From Candidatus Thalassarchaeaceae archaeon (GTDB lineage: Archaea > Thermoplasmatota > Poseidoniia > Poseidoniales > Thalassarchaeaceae), in assembly GCA_045568075.1 (NCBI GenBank), contig JBJLBP010000001.1, forward strand, positions 1,020,001-1,052,000: a stretch of DNA of 32,000 nucleotides. Direction: 5' to 3'. Of the stretch, positions 7,878-17,395 are shown piece by piece. Under the pieces are notes generated by a model that ran no database searches, was not told the DNA's origin, and saw only the letters and a program-made list of their open reading frames with translations. How positions within the stretch are numbered: the first letter of the stretch is position 1; every line of letters starts with the position of its first letter. The translations under genes were made by a program, and so were the position numbers.

Positions 7878-10800
7878 GCGCTCATACAATTTCCCACGCA
7901 ATGGCATATCGTGCTCCCAGGCGAATTCCTTCATCACTCGCAAAGCCTCTTTCTCAAGGTCTGAATCACCGACGAAATCGGTGATGTGGATTACTCCCTC
8001 CCTAGTATTTGCCTTGAATGCGGCCACTGGCTCTTCGCGGTGGAAAACAAGGTAAGCCGAACCATATCCGAATCTTTCACGAAGCAAACTGCCGAAGTAG
8101 TGGATTAGTGGATCTGAAGGTGGGATGACAAGATCACGTGTGCGAGAGATTGCATCCGACCCATCCAATAATGCATGTCTACCCCAACAGACATCGTGCA
8201 TATCATCGACGAGGAATCCTTTGATGAGAGTTCCATCCTCTTCGAATTCACGCATTACATCTGAAATTTCTTCGGCCGAGAAAGGTGAGCCTGCAAGCCT
8301 CTCGACTTGTTTCAGAGTGATTACGGGGTAATGCTGAACAAGGTCTCGTAGGTAATCGCGTTTGACTTCCCAAAGGTCAGATTCGTGAAGCGGCTCGACC
8401 GTCTTGAAACCACCACGATAATCCTGAACGAGGTGCCCGCTTCTTACCAACGGCGAGATGAGTTTGCGGAATTCGCCGCGCCTCATCGCGTGCCTTTCCA
8501 TGAAGATGGTTGGATCATGGTGCTCACGGAAGAATTGCAGAATATCCTCGTCTTCCTCAGGAGCAGGTACGTTCCGTATTGTCAGTAGCCTCTGGAAATG
8601 GGTCATACGAGCCCATACAAGGTGGCCACGGAGGTTAGTCCCTTGGTGGAGTTGATGGGCTGCCGCCATCGATTTGAGGTCGACGCGGAACATTTCACAG
8701 CGACCACGTAGAGCGAAATCATCGCGCAGCTCGTCTAGGTGTTCAAGAGCCATAGTTTCATTCTCGTAGCGAGTTTTCTGATGTAGTGAATGATGATGGA
8801 ATAGAATTCGATTAATCTTCTTCCGAGGCTGCGGATCAACTACACCTCCGCGAATATACCGTTCCCCATCTCCCATCGATTCGAAGCCAAGATCGGTCAA
8901 GATCTGCTGAACATTCTCATCACAATCGTGGACAGGGACGCCGTTGAAGGCATGAATTACAGATACATCGACGAGCCTATCTCGATAATTTTCCAATAGG
9001 TCATCGAAAGTATCCTTGAATTCGTCGAGGTATGAGTGAGGGATGTTGATATCCTTGATTTCAAGGTAATCATTTACGACAAACATGAGGATTCTACCTA
9101 CTGGATCGACCCCCTTGAAAACAGGATGATACCATCCCTGTTTGAGCATAAGTCGAACCTCTTGGATGAAGCGAGAACAAAACGGATCTGACTGAGAGAG
9201 TATACGCATGGTACGGTCCTCGGCCATTGGCGACAGGAGCTTCTCAGCATCCTCGTGACTTGAGTAATAATCAGTCGGATCGGGTTGCAGAGCGACGATG
9301 CGAACAATTCGCTCCGACTTTTCGAGTTCGCGTAGAGTCTCGGCCAATTCCTCAACTGGTCGCGATACAAAGAAACGCAAGGTGTGGAGACGGACTGGGC
9401 CAATCCTCTCAATTAGATTCTTGACAGCTTCATCGAATTTCATTGGTTTAACGCGTTCATGAATCCTATGGAAAACAGCAAGGGAGCGCTTTCGATTCGG
9501 CAATTCGATGTATTTCTTTCCAATGATTAGTTGACGCTCGAGGTTGCCTAAAGCACTCTTCAATGAGCGCTGAATATGCACGTGATCCTTTCCTTTCGGA
9601 TAATCGGCAAAGAGTTCTATCCGGCTCATTCCATCCTTCGGAATCTTCTCGAGTAATTCCTCTTCTAGTGGACCAATCCAAGGCTCTCCTCGTAAACCTA
9701 GAACAAGAGGCAATTGATCTTCCATCGTATAGCCGACTCGATTGTGCAGTAAGCGACCATTGATGACATCCGGGTCATGTTTGATATCCTTCCAATCACG
9801 GAATCTGTAATCTTTCACGCGATGTAACATCTCATCGCGACGCTGAACCAGAATCAGATTGCGAATCGCCTCAGCCGGCTCGTCATATTGCTGGAACGAT
9901 TTATGCAAAATCAAGGTTTGAAGAGTTCGATAGTCGACTACTTCGACCTGCCCTCCAGTAATGCGATATTCGTCGACACGCAGGATGTATTCTCCATCTT
10001 CAGTCTGCGTAAAGAATCCGATAGAGACAAGGTTCCTCATCTCTAGTTCTTGCAGAACTGACTCGACCTGAGCTCGTGGGAATGGAAGCCTATCTGCCAA
10101 TTTGTCCAAGGTTCTCGGCCCTTCTGAACCCAGCATATCGAGTAGTTTGAGGCGAAGACAATCGATAGGGTCCGAAAGTGAAGTTTGTTTCCAAGTTCCA
10201 GCCTGACCTGCTGTGAAATCCATTCCAATGTCAAAGGTTAGACCACCGGTATAGAGGGAGCGTAAATCATCCATCTCATCGGCGCCGGAGGCGGCAAGAC
10301 AGCCGAGAGTTCCGTGCACTCCGGCCATGCGTTCAGAGAACCATTTGTCATCAATCTGTGAATGGCCTGTATTGCGCACCTTGGTAATCAGTCCGCGCTC
10401 AGCGAGTTCGTAAACCCAATCACGCAGTTGATTGAATTCGAGACTCTTGAGTTTATCAGAATATAGTGGATGAGTCAACGTCTTCTCTAATCCACCACCC
10501 ATGTCCATTAGTCTCAACAGACCCATTGCAGAGGTGGGCACTGCGACCTTGTCTTGGTAATACTGACCAAGCCTCTCGCGGTCGAGATCTGTTGCTAGCG
10601 AACGCGCACCCAGTAATCGGCGAAGAATCTCTGGATCGATATCCTTGATGAGATAAGCTCGGGTCCTCAAACTCAGTAAATCCTCGAAAGAGGACATGAA
10701 GAGAGTCATCCCCAATGGCGATGGCATCTTCACCTTTCGATGGACGATTCTGACATCCTCACTATCCATTCGTGAAATGAAATCAGAGAGTTCATTCATC

Positions 10801-13154
10801 TCAAGGTCACTAGTTAGAATTTCACTCATCGCCTCACGGATGAGTACTGAATCCTCCATTTGCCGATGAGCACGGAGGATTTGTTCAGCACGGTTCTGGA
10901 ATTGCTTTGGACTGACCTCTTCGGCACCTATACGTCGAGGATTCAGCATACTTCGGCTCGAAACCTCGCGGAATCTCTTGGCAAAAAGTTGCGAGTCAAG
11001 CATGTATCGCTGAAGAACTTCTCCACTCGAACCATCCTTGAATAATTCAGGGATTTTCGAAATCTCAACCTCATGACTCAGTTTGATCATGAAGCCATTT
11101 TCATCGAATGAGATTTCGTTGACGATTATGTTGTCTCGCACGGCAATTCCTGCGAATAGATAGCCGAGTGCGAGATTGAACGCGCGACCACGACAAGTAG
11201 TCACGATGTAAGTTGGAAGCGGACCGGCGACCTGTTCAACGATAATCCGGTCGCGGCTAGGAACTTGGAAAGTGGTCGCACAATGCTCATCAAGATAATT
11301 CGCCAGAGCATTCGCCACAGGCCTATTCAATCCATAGACATCAGTCAACAACGGACGGACGTCTCGCCCCATTCGCACCATAGTCGATGTTCGCTCAAGC
11401 ACGTCAAGAACCTCGTAACTCAGTTCGTTAGTGCGGCTATTTGCCTCACCAGCCCACGATGGTATCGTCGGGCGGTAACCAGTAGCTGAAGTGACATTCA
11501 CTCGGGTTCCTCGAATGCTGGAAACTCGGTATGTCGAGCCTCCAAGCAAGAAGACGTCTCCATTCCGAAGGCTCGCAACGAATCCACCGGATAATTGACC
11601 GACGAGAGTCCCGTCTGAGGTGAAAACGAGGTAGTTATTGCTGGGGGCGATGGTGCCTATGTTGGTGTAGTAAATCATCTGCGCATAGCCACGCTTCCCG
11701 AAGCGATTTTCTTCCCAATCAACCCAGACTCGACGTTCCTCCTCTAATAGATCAAGAACCTCGATAAAATCATCATATGGTAATTCTCGATAAGGCCAAG
11801 CCGCGGTCACAAGTTCGTATGACTCATCTATGTCCCACTCCCTGATGATAGTCAGACCAATCAAGAATTGCGCAAGCACATCGAGAGAGTTTTGTGGAAA
11901 TTTCAGTAGATCCATTGACCCCCGTAAGATGCCGTTTTGTAACGAGACCATTTCGAGTAAATCTTGCGGAGATGTTGGTAGCAATCGCGCTCGCGGCAGT
12001 CCGTCGACTTGGTGACCTGCACGTCCAATCCTCTGCAATCCTGTGGCAATAGAACCCGGACTGCCGACCTGAATCACACAGTCTACCGAACCAATATCGA
12101 TACCCATTTCGAGGGAAGATGATGATACGACACTGCGCAATAATCCATTTTTCAAGCGCTGCTCGACATCGAGACGAATGGCTTTGTCCATTGAACCGTG
12201 ATGACCCTCAACTCCTTCTGTACCGAGAATCTTCAGTTTCTGAACTACCGTCTCGGTCATCTGCCGAGTATTGACGAAGACCAAGGTAGTCGTATGAGCC
12301 TCGACGATTTCCTTGATTCGGTCTACATTGTGGTCAAGAATCTCCTTTACCGGCAAAGACGAGAACCGAGGAGTTGGGAGAATGATATCTAGGTCGAGAC
12401 GCCTTGAACCGGACACCTTCGCAATAGCCACATGCTGAGGCTCTGTATCACTTTCACGCGAATCGCTGGCAACCAAGAATTCGGCGACGGCATCCAACGG
12501 TTCCATAGTCGCCGAAATACCGATTCGCTGGACCTGGGAATCAATCACGCTATCCATCAATGCAAGACTCAGAGCGAGGTGAGTACCTCGCTTAGTCGGT
12601 ACCAGCGAATGCATCTCATCGATAATCATCCACTGGAGTTCGTTAAGCAAGGGTCTGAAGCGTTTCGAAGCTAAAGCCAATCCTAGCGATTCAGGAGTGG
12701 TAATCAGTATGTGAGGAGGCTTGCGAAGCATCCTTTCACGGTCCCTACGACTGGTATCTCCAGTTCTCAAGCCGACCTTGATCTCCTTCGCCCTACTCGG
12801 GAGGTAACGCTCTCGAATCTCAGTCAAAGGGCCGATGAGATTTTTCTGAATATCATTTGCCAGTGCTTTGATTGGTGAGATGTAAACACACTGAATCGAA
12901 TTACCAAGTGAACCATCTAACGATTTACGCACAAGATCGTCGATAATTGTCAAGAAAGCTGTGAGTGTTTTACCAGACCCTGTAGGCGAGCAAAGCAAGA
13001 GATGTTCGCCATTGATAATACGGGGTATTGCAAGTTTCTGAGGTTCGGTGAAGTCAGGGAACTTGTCCTTGAACCAATTGCGCACAGGTGGTGAAAGACT
13101 TTCGAGCAATTGCTCGGTCTCCCAACTATCCTCTACATACTCGATTTTTGGCAT
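7863..13154 (-). CDS. lhr: Lhr-type SF2 DEXH helicase, unusually long (1763 aa)
   Basis: Uninterrupted ORF. The helicase motifs appear in order: FTEPQKLAIPRIINGEHLLLCSPTGSGKT (Q motif plus motif I), IIDEMHSL (II), ISATM (III), QRIGRAGH (VI). An Lhr-specific domain-4 stretch follows (GDVFLLGGSTYRVSSIRGTRVNVTSATGYRPTIPSWAGE), then a DEAD-associated region ending near MPSPLGMTLF (aa 810). About 900 further residues follow. Confidence 0.9.
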   Translation of the reverse strand: MPKIEYVEDSWETEQLLESLSPPVRNWFKDKFPDFTEPQKLAIPRIINGEHLLLCSPTGSGKTLTAFLTIIDDLVRKSLDGSLGNSIQCVYISPIKALANDIQKNLIGPLTEIRERYLPSRAKEIKVGLRTGDTSRRDRERMLRKPPHILITTPESLGLALASKRFRPLLNELQWMIIDEMHSLVPTKRGTHLALSLALMDSVIDSQVQRIGISATMEPLDAVAEFLVASDSRESDTEPQHVAIAKVSGSRRLDLDIILPTPRFSSLPVKEILDHNVDRIKEIVEAHTTTLVFVNTRQMTETVVQKLKILGTEGVEGHHGSMDKAIRLDVEQRLKNGLLRSVVSSSSLEMGIDIGSVDCVIQVGSPGSIATGLQRIGRAGHQVDGLPRARLLPTSPQDLLEMVSLQNGILRGSMDLLKFPQNSLDVLAQFLIGLTIIREWDIDESYELVTAAWPYRELPYDDFIEVLDLLEEERRVWVDWEENRFGKRGYAQMIYYTNIGTIAPSNNYLVFTSDGTLVGQLSGGFVASLRNGDVFLLGGSTYRVSSIRGTRVNVTSATGYRPTIPSWAGEANSRTNELSYEVLDVLERTSTMVRMGRDVRPLLTDVYGLNRPVANALANYLDEHCATTFQVPSRDRIIVEQVAGPLPTYIVTTCRGRAFNLALGYLFAGIAVRDNIIVNEISFDENGFMIKLSHEVEISKIPELFKDGSSGEVLQRYMLDSQLFAKRFREVSSRSMLNPRRIGAEEVSPKQFQNRAEQILRAHRQMEDSVLIREAMSEILTSDLEMNELSDFISRMDSEDVRIVHRKVKMPSPLGMTLFMSSFEDLLSLRTRAYLIKDIDPEILRRLLGARSLATDLDRERLGQYYQDKVAVPTSAMGLLRLMDMGGGLEKTLTHPLYSDKLKSLEFNQLRDWVYELAERGLITKVRNTGHSQIDDKWFSERMAGVHGTLGCLAASGADEMDDLRSLYTGGLTFDIGMDFTAGQAGTWKQTSLSDPIDCLRLKLLDMLGSEGPRTLDKLADRLPFPRAQVESVLQELEMRNLVSIGFFTQTEDGEYILRVDEYRITGGQVEVVDYRTLQTLILHKSFQQYDEPAEAIRNLILVQRRDEMLHRVKDYRFRDWKDIKHDPDVINGRLLHNRVGYTMEDQLPLVLGLRGEPWIGPLEEELLEKIPKDGMSRIELFADYPKGKDHVHIQRSLKSALGNLERQLIIGKKYIELPNRKRSLAVFHRIHERVKPMKFDEAVKNLIERIGPVRLHTLRFFVSRPVEELAETLRELEKSERIVRIVALQPDPTDYYSSHEDAEKLLSPMAEDRTMRILSQSDPFCSRFIQEVRLMLKQGWYHPVFKGVDPVGRILMFVVNDYLEIKDINIPHSYLDEFKDTFDDLLENYRDRLVDVSVIHAFNGVPVHDCDENVQQILTDLGFESMGDGERYIRGGVVDPQPRKKINRILFHHHSLHQKTRYENETMALEHLDELRDDFALRGRCEMFRVDLKSMAAAHQLHQGTNLRGHLVWARMTHFQRLLTIRNVPAPEEDEDILQFFREHHDPTIFMERHAMRRGEFRKLISPLVRSGHLVQDYRGGFKTVEPLHESDLWEVKRDYLRDLVQHYPVITLKQVERLAGSPFSAEEISDVMREFEEDGTLIKGFLVDDMHDVCWGRHALLDGSDAISRTRDLVIPPSDPLIHYFGSLLRERFGYGSAYLVFHREEPVAAFKANTREGVIHITDFVGDSDLEKEALRVMKEFAWEHDMPLRGKLYERLRTR

Positions 13155-13340
13155 TACTTCGCCTCACACTACGGACGATACAGCGAATTGATACCGTACA
13201 TGAACGCTTCGCTTCCATAAATCGAACAGTACTACGTACTGAATGGGTATTATGCACCTCCTAAAGGTGAATTTAGGTCCTTCCGGCTCTACTCATCAAG
13301 TGCTCAGTCTGGTGTTCTTAGGCAATACTTTGAGGATGGC

Positions 13341-15092
13341 TTGAAAGACAGGCGGACGGTCGCCTCGCCGTTAGAGATGGCTGAGGAGAGGCGGCTCGAG
13401 AGATTGTCGGCTATGCTGAAGCGGCGCGGCATAGTGCTGCCAGCCTTCGACATCTATGGCGGGGTTTCTGGACTAATCGATTACGGACCGGTTGGCGCTG
13501 CAATTCGTCGCCGTCTGACTCAGAAATGGGTTGACCACTGGTTGAGTCATGGTGACATAGTCGAAATTGATTCACCGACGATTACTCCTGAGGCAGTTTT
13601 GGTTGCCAGCGGTCACGTCGGTGAATTCAACGATTTGATGACGGAATGCCGAGCCTGCAGTTCGGTATTCCGTGCTGATCACTTGGTGGAGCACTTGCAT
13701 CCAAACGCAGATTCACTCGCTGCAGATGCAGTCGACAATCTTCTCGCATCTGGAATAGAATGCCCATCCTGCTCAGATGCTGCTTGGACTGCGGCTAAAC
13801 CGATGAATCTGATGTTCTCGACCCAAATAGGCGCTATGAGTTCTGGTCGTACCGCATTCATGCGGCCCGAGACAGCACAGGGTATGTTCATGCTCTATCC
13901 TGCGCTGTATCGACACTTTCGACAAAAGCTCCCCTTCGGTGCAATTCAGACCGGAAAGGGATATCGCAACGAGATTAGCCCAAGGCAGGGAATGATTCGC
14001 CTTCGCGAATTCAATATGGCTGAGCTCGAGTACTTCATCGACCCAGATAACCCCCCAAGTGTTGACCTCGCTCGTCGCACTGAGATTGTCAGCCTAGTCC
14101 CTGACCCAGACGGACCACATGCTGGTGAGACTCGAATGGGGTTCGGCGCTGCCCTCGATGCTGGCATCGTCAGGCACTCTACCGTTGCTTGGTTCCTAGC
14201 ACGGACTTGGGATTTCCTTGTTGAGGTCGGAATCGATCCAGCACAGATTCGCTTCCGTCAGCATGCTAGCACAGAGATGGCACATTACGCAGCGGATTGC
14301 TGGGATTGTGAGATTCATGGCGAGCATGGATGGATCGAGTGCGTTGGGATTGCTAATCGGACTTGTCATGATTTGGAAAGTCACGAAGCACACTCGAAGG
14401 CAAAGGGATTGCGTGCTTGGCGACAATTCGCTGAACCTCGCACGCAGACAATTGAGCGATTAGCACCGAATGGCGCGGTGGTCGGTCCAACATTCAGAGC
14501 CGATGCAGGTGCGGTAGTTGCCGCTCTTGAGGCTCTGAGTGAATTGCCGGATGAATTGCCCTTCGAGTTGGAATTGGCAGATGGACGCAGTGTTACAATT
14601 GACTCCAGTATGGTTGAACGACGCACAGAGACAGCTAACGTAAGTGGAGAGTGGTTTACACCTCACGTTATCGAGCCGGCTTTTGGTATCGATCGCATCA
14701 TTTGGCATGTCCTCGACCACGCTTACGAAGAAGCCCAGAAAGAAGGAGAAGACTACACGTTCCTGAGGCTTGCTGAAGGCATTTCAAGCGTCGATTGCGT
14801 AGTGCTCCCACTCTTCGACAAGGATGGAATGCCAGATCTTGCTAGAGAGATTACCTCTGCCATCAATTCACTACCTCGGGCGCGCGCTGAGATGGATTCG
14901 AGTAAATCGATTGGAAGGCGTTACGCTCGTGCAGATGAGATTGGAATCCCATGGGCTTTGACCATCGACCACACATCGTTAGAGGATGGTAGTGTGACGA
15001 TTCGAAGGCGCGATGACCAGATGCAGGTTCGCGCCTTCGTCGACGAAATTCTTGACCGAATGGCAGCCGGCACAATTCAGGAATTATTCTGA
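13341..15092 (+). CDS. glyS: Glycine--tRNA ligase (archaeal/eukaryotic alpha2 type)
   Basis: LKRRGIVLPAFDIYGGVSGLIDYGPVGAAIRRRL, FMRPETAQGMF, GKGYRNEISPRQGMIRLREFNMAELEYF and EPAFGIDRI. The track start is a TTG preceded by GAGGA. The first in-frame ATG is at 13377, so the start is uncertain. Confidence 0.93.
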   Translation: MKDRRTVASPLEMAEERRLERLSAMLKRRGIVLPAFDIYGGVSGLIDYGPVGAAIRRRLTQKWVDHWLSHGDIVEIDSPTITPEAVLVASGHVGEFNDLMTECRACSSVFRADHLVEHLHPNADSLAADAVDNLLASGIECPSCSDAAWTAAKPMNLMFSTQIGAMSSGRTAFMRPETAQGMFMLYPALYRHFRQKLPFGAIQTGKGYRNEISPRQGMIRLREFNMAELEYFIDPDNPPSVDLARRTEIVSLVPDPDGPHAGETRMGFGAALDAGIVRHSTVAWFLARTWDFLVEVGIDPAQIRFRQHASTEMAHYAADCWDCEIHGEHGWIECVGIANRTCHDLESHEAHSKAKGLRAWRQFAEPRTQTIERLAPNGAVVGPTFRADAGAVVAALEALSELPDELPFELELADGRSVTIDSSMVERRTETANVSGEWFTPHVIEPAFGIDRIIWHVLDHAYEEAQKEGEDYTFLRLAEGISSVDCVVLPLFDKDGMPDLAREITSAINSLPRARAEMDSSKSIGRRYARADEIGIPWALTIDHTSLEDGSVTIRRRDDQMQVRAFVDEILDRMAAGTIQELF

Positions 15093-15156
15093 AATCCATT
15101 TGCTCCAGTCGAAGTAGACCACCAATCTTCATGAGGCTCCACGATAGGCGTGTGTT

Positions 15157-16695
15157 GTGAGCGCAGCCGAGGACCATGAAGACTGGACGGAGAAGTACCG
15201 TCCGACACGCATGGGTGAGATGGAAGGTAATGATTCACAACTCCGACTCATCGGCCAATGGCTCGACCGCTGGGCCAAAGGTCACGTCCCAGATAAACGC
15301 GGTATGATGCTCTCAGGACCTCCAGGTGTTGGCAAAACCACGCTGGCCAAGGCAGTAGCAAAGGAGCGGGGTTGGTCAATAATCGAATTGAATGCCTCTG
15401 AGGAACGCAACGCAGCGGCTATCCGAAGGGCTGCTACTCGAGGCAGTCAGCATATCTCGTTAGCCGCTTTCTCCGAAGGGAATTCCGAAGCGATGAAAAC
15501 AATCGTTTTACTTGACGAAGTCGACCATCTTTCGGGCAGTTTCGCAAAGTTATCTGAAGACCGTATCGACAAAGTTCTCTCCCCTGAGGAAGAAGAACGT
15601 GCAACCATCAAAGGAGACTCCGGGGGTAAGGCCGAACTGCTCAACTTGCTGAAACTTGCAGAGCAGCCTGTCATAATGACCTGTAACGACCCGATGCGCC
15701 TATGGGGATCGGGTCGACAATGGCGACGAAATCGAGATCGAGTGATGGCGCTCGCCGAGAATGTTCAGTTCAAGCGCGTGGGTAAATTGCATATGCGTCG
15801 AATCGCCCATCGTGTCCTTGACGGCGAAGGCTTGTCGATGGACCCTGAAGCAGTTGAGGCGCTCATCGAAAACAACCCAGGCGACTTGCGCGCCCTGATT
15901 CGTGACTTACAAGCAGCAGCCGCTATCGGCGGCCAACACATCGCTAAAGATGACGTTCAAGCACTCGCAGAAGTTGCCGAACGCGACTCCCAAATCGATG
16001 TCTTTCGTGCTTTACGAGAAGTCTATTCAGCCGAAAATGGAAGGCACGCGAACCGTCTTCTAATGAATTCAGACAAAGACCCAGACGAAATGCTTGCATG
16101 GTTCGCATGGAATAACCAATCCGTCTTCGAAGATCAAGAGCTCGCCGGCATCTCTCAAGCAATGGTTCTAGCCGACCGAGCTCTTGCAACCAAATTCACC
16201 AATCGAGCCTACCGCTCGTGGTATTGGGGCTCATCTCTGCCCTCACAAGCCGCAGTAGCAGCAAATCAAGCCAATCCGGGAACTAGCCCATTTCTGACTT
16301 ACCCAGGATTCCTCAGGCGAGGGGGCGAGGCATGGCGAACCTCAGGAGTTGTCGAGTCTCTAGCGGAACAGGCAGGGACAAGCAAAGCAGCAGTCAGAGA
16401 AGACCTCTGGCCAAATTTGCTGGCAGTTCATGACGAAACTCTGGGAGGCAAACCGGAGGACTTCTCACTAGCCTTGCAGCTCGGACTTAGCGGAGAGGAT
16501 CACCTATCACTTCATGGAATACCAAAGTCTAGGAGAGAAGCAAAGAAGATTCTTGCAGCCTTCGATGAATCTCTTCCAAACGATGATTGGGATGAAGTTC
16601 CTGAGCCTATTCCGCAAACTGTAGAAAAGACCCCTGAACCTTCTGATGAAAAATCAGATGATGAATCGACTCAATTTTCTCTTGATTCTTTCTGA
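15157..16695 (+). CDS. rfcL: Replication factor C large subunit
   Basis: 512 aa with a GTG start. WTEKYRPTRMGEM, Walker A LSGPPGVGKTTLAKAVAKE, IIELNASEERN, Walker B VLLDEVDHL, and an acidic C-terminal tail. Confidence 0.9.
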   Translation: MSAAEDHEDWTEKYRPTRMGEMEGNDSQLRLIGQWLDRWAKGHVPDKRGMMLSGPPGVGKTTLAKAVAKERGWSIIELNASEERNAAAIRRAATRGSQHISLAAFSEGNSEAMKTIVLLDEVDHLSGSFAKLSEDRIDKVLSPEEEERATIKGDSGGKAELLNLLKLAEQPVIMTCNDPMRLWGSGRQWRRNRDRVMALAENVQFKRVGKLHMRRIAHRVLDGEGLSMDPEAVEALIENNPGDLRALIRDLQAAAAIGGQHIAKDDVQALAEVAERDSQIDVFRALREVYSAENGRHANRLLMNSDKDPDEMLAWFAWNNQSVFEDQELAGISQAMVLADRALATKFTNRAYRSWYWGSSLPSQAAVAANQANPGTSPFLTYPGFLRRGGEAWRTSGVVESLAEQAGTSKAAVREDLWPNLLAVHDETLGGKPEDFSLALQLGLSGEDHLSLHGIPKSRREAKKILAAFDESLPNDDWDEVPEPIPQTVEKTPEPSDEKSDDESTQFSLDSF

Positions 16696-16749
16696 ATCAA
16701 AGGGTAGCCTCTGAAAGGGCCCACTGAAAGCCCAATGTTAGTGGGCTGA

Positions 16750-17130
16750 TTAGTCTTCGGGGCAGAATGAAGGGGGAGTCTGCTCACTGAGGCTGGCTTC
16801 CCTTTCCTCATCAGTCATGGATTCTGATTGCAGCGGATAGCAATCATCATCATCTACCATTTTAATCCACAGCCAACCATCTTCAACTGCATAGTTGTAG
16901 GTGTTTGATTCATCGATTGCCATGGTAAGGATGTCCCCATCGGTACTCCAAGTTCCTGAGTTTCCTTCGCCATCAATTAGGGTCCCGTCTTCATTCATAT
17001 CAATAAGCATAGCTTCGGCGGACCACCATTCTCCTATTGGAGAACTGGCATCACCATCATCATCACCCGCACATCCAGCGAGGGAGGTAAGCAGCATCGT
17101 TAGAGTAAGCAACATCGCAATTTTTCTCAT
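16750..17130 (-). CDS. Hypothetical secreted lipoprotein
   Basis: 126 aa. Signal peptide with a lipobox (MRKIAMLLTLTMLLTSLAGC), followed by an acidic Gly/Trp-rich domain. No family recognised. Confidence 0.6.
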   Translation of the reverse strand: MRKIAMLLTLTMLLTSLAGCAGDDDGDASSPIGEWWSAEAMLIDMNEDGTLIDGEGNSGTWSTDGDILTMAIDESNTYNYAVEDGWLWIKMVDDDDCYPLQSESMTDEEREASLSEQTPPSFCPED

Positions 17131-17180
17131 GAATCTCAGTTTATCTGGTGGTTATTTGTCATTTCCCCTTCTTGAATCAT

Positions 17181-17219
17181 GGGCACCCCATCCGATTACA
17201 TACGATCGGAGGGGTACCC
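17181..17219 (-). other. 39-nt stem-loop (15 paired positions, one bulge, 8-nt loop) in the largest non-coding gap
   Basis: The sequence is GGGCACCCCATCCGAT-TACATACG-ATCGGAGGGGTACCC. On the minus-strand RNA every stem position pairs (one G.U, one bulged U). On the plus-strand RNA the same position is a C.A mismatch. The structure is seen directly; its function is unknown. Confidence 0.5.
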
Positions 17220-17395
17220 TTGAGTTGAGATTATGCAAATACAAAATAGTATAATGCAGCTAGTAGAACTCCTACATCTACGGTTACAAACAATATTTTC
17301 ATTGGTAATGGCATTGTTCTCCACATATGCCCTAAACCACTATTCTCTCCACTCATAATGCCCCGATATCATCACGAGAAATAATCATTCTGAAA

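Noticed and set aside
7863-13154. Possibility that the extra length of the helicase is due to an intein
   Set aside because: Helicase motifs I, II, III and VI are contiguous and normally spaced within the first roughly 400 aa. I saw no Cys/Ser...His-Asn splice-junction pattern or homing-endonuclease motif. The extra length is all C-terminal.
16719-16746. 7-bp inverted repeat (GCCCACT...AGTGGGC, 14-nt loop) between convergent rfcL and the lipoprotein gene
   Set aside because: The stem is short, the loop is large and there is no adjacent T tract. This is too weak to call a terminator.
17369-17375. GTGATGA (C-box-like) on the minus strand in the 265-nt gap
   Set aside because: No CTGA D box occurs within the next roughly 70 nt on that strand.
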